From positions 150,001 to 182,000 of the forward strand of contig NZ_CP066020.1 of NCBI RefSeq assembly GCF_016127575.1: a stretch of 32,000 nucleotides of DNA, written 5' to 3'. The notes beneath the pieces are model-generated. The model made no database searches. It was not told the DNA's origin and saw only the letters and a list, made by a program, of their open reading frames with translations. The first letter of the stretch is position 1. Each line of letters opens with the position of its first letter. The stretch is from Cupriavidus necator. Its GTDB lineage: Bacteria > Pseudomonadota > Gammaproteobacteria > Burkholderiales > Burkholderiaceae. The position numbers and the translations under genes are program-made. Positions 27,047 to 32,000 of this stretch are shown here, piece after piece.

Positions 27047-27080
27047 GGCGCGCCGTGGGTTAGGTTGGTGTGGCTGGTTG
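27047..27080 (+). repeat. GGCGCGC plus G/T-rich junction repeat, copy c
   Basis: GGCGCGCCGTGGGTTAGGTTGGTGTGGCTGGTTG. Its GGCGCGCCG can pair with CGGCGCGCC at 27022..27030 (9-bp stem, 16-nt loop). Confidence 0.7.
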
Positions 27081-27136
27081 AGACACCACGCTCGTCCAGC
27101 GTATTTACGGCTTCAGGAATAGCGAGATCGGCACGC

Positions 27137-28069
27137 ATGGAGATACAGACCATTAGCACGCAAGACGGCGTCACGCGGATCGATCGACGCGATTCCGAGC
27201 CGAGGATCCGTTTTTCACCGTTCCATGGCGATACCAATGCCGAGGCGTCCGAGCGGCGTGCGGCTGCCATCTTCGGCCCGGTGGAGATTTGTGACCCGTG
27301 GACGAGTGCGCCGCCGTCGCCGGAGCAGATCGCCCGCATTGTGGTCCTTCATGGCGTCTATCGGCCTCCCAAGACGTTTCTTCCGTCCTCGCCATTCCAG
27401 CTCGTGCCATCCGAGTTTTTGCGGGTCGCCAAGCAGCGGCCACCCCGGCAGCCGGGGGCGTCCGCCTCCGCGTTTGCGCAATGGATCTACTCGCTCTACG
27501 CCAGTAGCGAGGGCAGTGACGATGACCGCGAGAGCGGTCTGGCGGCGGAGCCCGAGATTCTCGCTTTCCGGCATCGCGCCTTGCGCCTTGTTGATGCCGA
27601 CTATCTGCACCAGCAGCACGCGGCGTGGGAACTCGCGCATTGTGGCCTGCACCACGGCGCTGACACGATGGTGTCTTACTTCCATCTCGATGACCTGCGG
27701 GTCAACGGGGAACCGTTGCGCGCGTCCCCCGATCTCGTGTATCGCCACAAGACGACCGGTGAGGTGATCGTGGTGGAGATCAAAATGTCGAGGATGGCCA
27801 TTCCGAGCAACCTGTGGCCCAACGTCTGGGGCCAGCTGTGGTGCTACGCGCAGCTGCCGGTGGTGCGCGCAGCCAGTCGGGTGACCGTCGTCGGCGAAGT
27901 ATGGGCGGAGCGATCCGAGCATTCGCGCGGGCAGGGTGACGATTGGCAGCGTTTGCCGCCGTATCTCTACCTGCGGGCCTCTGTGCGCCGCGATCCGCGC
28001 GAGGCGGTCTACGATCGCTTCTTCCGGGCGCTCTTTGACATTTATCGAGGCGCTGGCGGCGGGCGATGA
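27137..28069 (+). CDS. RecB/Cas4-like PD-(D/E)XK nuclease-domain protein with an uncharacterised N-terminal half
   Basis: The track ORF starts at TTG 27065; the first ATG is 27137 and the true start is uncertain. The C-terminal region reads SPDLVYRHKTTGEVIVVEIKMS...NVWGQLWCYAQL, giving D...E-x-K plus the QxxxY motif of the RecB nuclease family. The antisense ORF 27215..27922 is R/H/P-rich shadow. Confidence 0.65.
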   Translation: MEIQTISTQDGVTRIDRRDSEPRIRFSPFHGDTNAEASERRAAAIFGPVEICDPWTSAPPSPEQIARIVVLHGVYRPPKTFLPSSPFQLVPSEFLRVAKQRPPRQPGASASAFAQWIYSLYASSEGSDDDRESGLAAEPEILAFRHRALRLVDADYLHQQHAAWELAHCGLHHGADTMVSYFHLDDLRVNGEPLRASPDLVYRHKTTGEVIVVEIKMSRMAIPSNLWPNVWGQLWCYAQLPVVRAASRVTVVGEVWAERSEHSRGQGDDWQRLPPYLYLRASVRRDPREAVYDRFFRALFDIYRGAGGGR

Positions 28070-28323
28070 TCTCGCGCCTTTATCGGCGATGGGGCGGCCA
28101 CTGACAATTCAGGGATGGGGAATCGGCACGAATGGAGACACCAATCACTATTTCGCGTGGTGGGCTTACGCGGACCTAGGGGTCATCGTACCTTTGGTGC
28201 GAAATCTGGTGCTTGGAAGCTGGAAAGCTGCTTGCCGCAAGGCTTTCCAGATTACTTCGCGCCGCCCGTGAGGATCGAACTCAAGATCCCTTGACCCCAC
28301 CGCCCACGGGTGGGACGCGTTCA

Positions 28324-28361
28324 TTTCAATTCGTCCTTCTCGAGCAGATTGATACGTTGTT
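28324..28361 (+). repeat. Degenerate third copy of the Tn3-family terminal inverted repeat (lacks the GGGG tip)
   Basis: TCGTCCTTCTCGAGCAGATTGATACG (28331..28356) matches the reverse complement of the right repeat at 24/27 positions, including an exact 14-mer AGCAGATTGATACG. It matches the left repeat at 23/27. Its orientation is that of the left repeat. Confidence 0.6.
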
Positions 28362-28617
28362 GCTCCAAAAACGCTTGTGATTCAAGAGCTTGCAGAAGAA
28401 GCAATTTCTCAAGCGAAGCGAACCGGAAAGCCTTGCTGGAAGCAGCTTCCCATGGACCGTTACATTTTGCACGTTTCGAACGTTTACCCCTGATGCGGGG
28501 ACGTCTCTGGTGATCACCGCCGCGCAACACCGCCCAACCGATGCTCCCGTTCTCCGCACAGTGTAGCGACGCCCTTATGCGATCATGTGCCCTTTACCGT
28601 CAGTCCCCCATTTGTCA

Positions 28618-30333
28618 ATGACTCGCTTGCGCAAAATCGAGATCCGCCACTTTCGCGGCATCCAGCATTTCACCTGGTGGCCGGGCCCTGGCCTCAACGC
28701 GTTGATCGGACCTGGTGACGCGGGCAAGTCGAGCATTCTTGACGCCATCGATCTGTGCCTGGGCGCGCGGCGCACCGCGCAATTCGGCGACCATGATTTT
28801 TTCCGCATGAATGTCGACCAACCCATCGTGATCGAGATTACCGTGGGCGAGCTCGACGACGCGCTCAAGAACTTTGAGGCGTATGGCCTGTACTTGCGCG
28901 GCTTCCGGGCGGAGGACGGCGCCGTGCTCGAGGAGCCTGACGCGCACTGCGAGACGGTGCTGACGATTCGACTGACGGTCCAAAGCGACTTGGAGCCGCA
29001 ATGGCAGTTGATTTCCGAGCGCGCTGCGGCGCAGGGGCTGACCCGGCACCTGGCCTGGGCCGACCGGCTTCGGATCGCGCCTGGCTGGCTCGGCGCAAGT
29101 GGTGATCAGAACCTGAGCTGGCGCCGCGGCTCGGTGCTGAACCGGCTTTCCGACGAAAGAGCGGATGCGTCGGCGGCGTTGGTGCGCGCCGGACGCGACG
29201 CGCGCCTGCGCTTCGGTGATGAGGCTCAGAATCAATTGGGGCAAGCGCTGCAGCAGGTGCTGGCCACTGCCACCGAGCTCGGTGTGCCAGTCGGTGGCGA
29301 GGTCAAGGCGTTGCTGGATGCCCACGCCATTTCGGTGACGGGCGGCGCGATTGCGCTGCACGACGCCGCAGGCGTGCCGCTGAGATCCCTAGGGCTCGGC
29401 TCGGGCCGATTGCTGGTGGCCGGACTGCAACGGGCCGCCGCAATGGAGACCTCAGTGGTGCTAGTCGACGAGATTGAGACCGGACTAGAGCCGCATCGAA
29501 TCTACAGGTTGCTCGTTACCCTGGGGGCCAAGGAACCGGCACCGCCGCTACAGGTGTTTCTGACCACCCATTCGCCCGTGGTGGTGCGCGAACTCTCGGG
29601 CGCGCAACTCTACGTGCTGAGGCAACGCGATGGCGTGCATGTCGCGCATTGCTGCGGAACCAGCGACGACGTGCAGGGCACGATGCGCCGACACCCGGAA
29701 GCGCTGCTGGGAAAAAGCGTCATGGTGTGCGAAGGCGCAAGCGAAGTTGGCCTGGTGCGCGGACTGGACCAGTATTGGTCTGGCTCGCCTTCCATCTCGA
29801 CGTTCGGCGTGGTCCTGGTCGACGGCTCTGGATCGTCCGCCGTGCAACGCGCCATGGCGTTCCAAGCGCTCGGCTACCGGGTGGCGCTCTTGCGGGACAG
29901 TGATGTGCCGCCCAAGGTGGACGAGGTGAGTTTCAAGGCGGCCGGGGGAGAGGTATTTGCTTGGCGTCAGCCGAATGCGCTGGAAGACGAGCTGTTTCAA
30001 TCCCTGGCCATCGAATCTGTCACCCAGCTTTGGCAACTGGCCAAAGAGAAGAAGGGGGAGGATCTGGTTGACGCGCACCTCCGGTCAGCGAGCGGGAACA
30101 AACTCACTTTGCCCGAAATCGAGAAGCAGCTGTATGTGGATAGGGTGATCACTAATGAAGCGCGGCTCGCTCTCGGCCAGGCCTCACGCAATAGCAAGAA
30201 TCCCTGGTTTAAGAGCGTTACGGCCATGGAGGAAGTTGGCTTCACAATTGTCGGGCCAGGGTTCGAGAGCGCTGAGCCCGCCTTTGGCACTGAGGTGGCT
30301 AAACTGTTCCAGTGGTGTCACCACCATGGCTAA
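28618..30333 (+). CDS. gajA: OLD-family ATPase + Toprim nuclease (GajA-like)
   Basis: The start is trimmed to ATG 28618 (MTRLRKIEIRHFRGI). Walker A is GPGDAGKSSILDAI and Walker B is VVLVDEIETGLEP. The C-terminal Toprim signatures are VMVCEGASEVGLV (Glu) and LLRDSD (DxD). The product is about 571 aa. Confidence 0.8.
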   Translation: MTRLRKIEIRHFRGIQHFTWWPGPGLNALIGPGDAGKSSILDAIDLCLGARRTAQFGDHDFFRMNVDQPIVIEITVGELDDALKNFEAYGLYLRGFRAEDGAVLEEPDAHCETVLTIRLTVQSDLEPQWQLISERAAAQGLTRHLAWADRLRIAPGWLGASGDQNLSWRRGSVLNRLSDERADASAALVRAGRDARLRFGDEAQNQLGQALQQVLATATELGVPVGGEVKALLDAHAISVTGGAIALHDAAGVPLRSLGLGSGRLLVAGLQRAAAMETSVVLVDEIETGLEPHRIYRLLVTLGAKEPAPPLQVFLTTHSPVVVRELSGAQLYVLRQRDGVHVAHCCGTSDDVQGTMRRHPEALLGKSVMVCEGASEVGLVRGLDQYWSGSPSISTFGVVLVDGSGSSAVQRAMAFQALGYRVALLRDSDVPPKVDEVSFKAAGGEVFAWRQPNALEDELFQSLAIESVTQLWQLAKEKKGEDLVDAHLRSASGNKLTLPEIEKQLYVDRVITNEARLALGQASRNSKNPWFKSVTAMEEVGFTIVGPGFESAEPAFGTEVAKLFQWCHHHG

Positions 30334-31744
30334 TTATGACCTTGACCTTCTTGAACTAGCCGGCGCGCGGGTAGAAGCGCCGGCCGGTTGCGGCAAGACG
30401 CAGATGCTGACGAATGCCCTAATGCGTCACGGGCAATCCAAGCCGATCTTGTTGCTCACCCACACCAACGCGGGCGTGGCCGCGCTGCGCAAACGTCTTG
30501 AGCATGCTCGGGTGGACCCGAGCCGATACCGGCTCGGGACTGTGGATGGCTGGGCGATGAAGCTGGTCGCGACGTTCCCGGCGCGCGCGGGCATCGACCC
30601 GGCGCTCCTTGCCGCCCTACGGCCCGACTACAACGCCATCCGCGAGGCCGCGGCACGGCTGCTGGCGGGAGGTCACGTGGGCGACGTGCTGGCGTCGAGC
30701 TACGCGCGCCTCTGGGTCGATGAATACCAGGATTGCTCGGTCCGCCAGCACGCCATTATTCAGGCGGCTTCGGCATTTCTGCCAACCTGTGTTGTCGGGG
30801 ATCCGTTGCAGGCAATCTTCGGTTTCGGCGGCGATCCGCTGGCATCGTGGCAGGACGACGTGTGTCGACATTTCCCGAGGCTCTTCACGCTCGATCGACC
30901 TTGGCGCTGGATCAATGCCGGTGCAGAGGTCCTCGGTCAGTGGCTTTTGCAGGCGCGCCAGGTCTTGCTGAATCGGCAGCCGATCAACTTGGCGAGCGCG
31001 CCCCCCGCCGTGCAATGGGTGCAGCTCGATGGTTCGGCTGGGGATCACGCTCGCCTTCTCCAGGCAGCTGGCACCGCGGCGCCGCATCGGGACGGCACGG
31101 TACTCGTTATCGGCGACAGTACCAGTCCTCAGAGCCAGCAACGGATGGCAAGTCTTGTGCCGGGAGCCGTCACGGTCGAAGCCGTGGACTTGCGCGACTT
31201 GGTTGACTTCGCGACCGGTTTGCAGCTGGCAGCTCCGGAGGCGCTCAGGCGCGTCGTCGAATTCTGCGGCCGGCTGATGACCGGGGTCGGCGTTGCCGCA
31301 CTGCTGGAGCGAGTGGAAATCCTGCGGCGCGGCACAGCACGGCGAGAACCGAGCCTGGCCGAAGCCGCCGCGCTAGCGTTCGAAGCCGAACGCTCGCTAC
31401 CCGCCGTCAAGCGGCTCATTGAGGCAGTTCGCCAGCAGCCGGGGACACGAGTCTTTCGCCCTATTGTGCTGCGCGCCTGCTTGACTGCGCTCGACACCTC
31501 TAGTACAGGCGGCACGACGCTGCAGGAAGCCGCGATTCGGATTCGCGAGCAGGGCCGCATGCAAGCGAGAGCGCTGCCACGGCGGGCGGTGGGTAGCACG
31601 CTGTTGCTAAAAGGACTGGAGGCACACGTCGCGGTCGTTCTCGCTGCGGACACCTTGAACGCGTCAAACCTTTATGTCGCCCTGACGCGGGGCTCGACCC
31701 AACTGGTGGTGTGCTCACGCACTCCGCAACTGCTGGGACGTTGA
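30326..31744 (+). CDS. gajB: UvrD-like superfamily-1 helicase (GajB-like)
   Basis: The start is trimmed to ATG 30326 (MANYDLDLL), overlapping the gajA stop by 8 nt (ATGGCTAA). Helicase motifs are APAGCGKTQ (Walker A), WVDEYQD (motif II), VVGDPLQAIFGFGG (motif III) and YVALTRGSTQLVV (motif VI). The product is 472 aa. Confidence 0.8.
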   Translation: MANYDLDLLELAGARVEAPAGCGKTQMLTNALMRHGQSKPILLLTHTNAGVAALRKRLEHARVDPSRYRLGTVDGWAMKLVATFPARAGIDPALLAALRPDYNAIREAAARLLAGGHVGDVLASSYARLWVDEYQDCSVRQHAIIQAASAFLPTCVVGDPLQAIFGFGGDPLASWQDDVCRHFPRLFTLDRPWRWINAGAEVLGQWLLQARQVLLNRQPINLASAPPAVQWVQLDGSAGDHARLLQAAGTAAPHRDGTVLVIGDSTSPQSQQRMASLVPGAVTVEAVDLRDLVDFATGLQLAAPEALRRVVEFCGRLMTGVGVAALLERVEILRRGTARREPSLAEAAALAFEAERSLPAVKRLIEAVRQQPGTRVFRPIVLRACLTALDTSSTGGTTLQEAAIRIREQGRMQARALPRRAVGSTLLLKGLEAHVAVVLAADTLNASNLYVALTRGSTQLVVCSRTPQLLGR

Positions 31745-31804
31745 CCTCTCGGGAAAGGACGTGGCGGCCGTAGAATCGCGGATTCCTTTGCCTGCAATGC
31801 CAAT

Positions 31805-31834
31805 AAAAAAGCCCTGCAACAGCAGGGTTTTTTT
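31805..31834. terminator. Bidirectional rho-independent terminator
   Basis: AAAAAAGCCCTGC AACA GCAGGGTTTTTTT, a GC-rich stem flanked by an A-run and a T-run. It lies between the convergent gajB-like gene and the reverse-strand gene at 31860. Confidence 0.85.
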
Positions 31835-31859
31835 ATTGAGCAAGCGCATCTACCAATCG

Positions 31860-32000
31860 TCAGCGACGTGCGCCGGCGTAGACGCTGAAGGGACCGTGTT
31901 CGGCTTCCCACTTGCGAGCGATCTCGGCACGCTTTTTCAACGCCTCCACGCTCATTTCCGGACGGGCGAACAGAGCGCGCACGCGCGCGACGGCGGCCGA
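31860..32000 (-). CDS. Hypothetical protein, C-terminal 46 codons (5' part beyond the window)
   Basis: The reverse-strand frame is open to the window edge: ...SAAVARVRALFARPEMSVEALKKRAEIARKWEAEHGPFSVYAGARR*, with the stop at 31862..31860. I do not recognise the product. Confidence 0.5.
   Translation of the reverse strand, partial: SAAVARVRALFARPEMSVEALKKRAEIARKWEAEHGPFSVYAGARR

Noticed and set aside
25954-27080. Integron attC sites (GTTAGGT at about 27059 fits GTTRRRY)
   Set aside because: No inverse core RYYYAAC partner, no imperfect attC palindrome and no intI gene are present. The tyrosine recombinases nearby are RIT trios, and only one of the three repeats has a core-like heptamer.
25094-27922. 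Reverse-strand ORFs antisense to the cassette genes (25094..25813, 25977..26942, 26773..27339, 27215..27922)
   Set aside because: The plus-strand proteins show paralogue conservation and recognisable HEPN and PD-(D/E)XK motifs. The antisense products are R/H/P-rich with no motifs.
30155-30325. N-terminal 57 codons of the track ORF 30155..31744
   Set aside because: This stretch lies wholly inside the gajA-like coding region. The helicase Walker A follows shortly after ATG 30326, which overlaps the gajA stop in a typical coupling arrangement.
31745-31790. Possible right-hand inverted repeat partnering the relic at 28324 (AAAGGACG shared with the Tn3-type repeat)
   Set aside because: Only an 8-mer and scattered matches align, with no CCCC terminus. 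This is not distinguishable from chance.
1-32000. CRISPR arrays, rRNA genes, prophage structural genes
   Set aside because: There are no regularly spaced short direct repeats, no rRNA-like conserved segments, and no capsid, tail or terminase-like ORFs.

Overview
High-GC betaproteobacterial (Cupriavidus/Ralstonia-like) DNA; all calls rest on motif reading and hand translation, with no database search. The window has three parts. (1) 1-7750, reverse strand: a chromosomal NRPS-independent siderophore locus. It holds a TonB-dependent receptor, an ATP-grasp protein, an IucA/IucC synthetase, an MFS transporter and a second IucA/IucC synthetase that runs off the window. Downstream genes overlap by 4 nt, and the receptor has a sigma70-like promoter overlapped by a Fur-box-like site. 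Small exported and lipoprotein genes follow (8100-9045). (2) 9084-24116: nested mobile DNA. An IS66-family element has its tnpC split exactly between codons by a 9.6-kb insertion. That insertion is an intact recombinase-in-trio (RIT) element (12460-15849) flanked by two apparently identical 3102-bp inverted copies of a second RIT. Both copies are cut at the same base in their third recombinase gene. IS66 tnpA is reduced to about 11 codons by a transposase-only Tn3-family element (20754-24116, 38-bp inverted repeats, no target duplication). The other end of that element truncates the 5' end of cpoB/ybgF. (3) 24785-31834: a defence-type island. It holds two tandem Abi_C/HEPN-like paralogues, an orphan RecB-like PD-(D/E)XK nuclease, a degenerate third copy of the Tn3-type inverted repeat, and a translationally coupled OLD-family ATPase/Toprim nuclease plus UvrD-like helicase pair (Gabija-like), closed by a strong terminator. 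The best candidates for something undescribed are the HEPN-HEPN-nuclease cassette, with a GGCGCGC plus G/T-rich repeat at each gene junction, and the palindromic nested RIT structure. No tRNA, rRNA or CRISPR array was seen.
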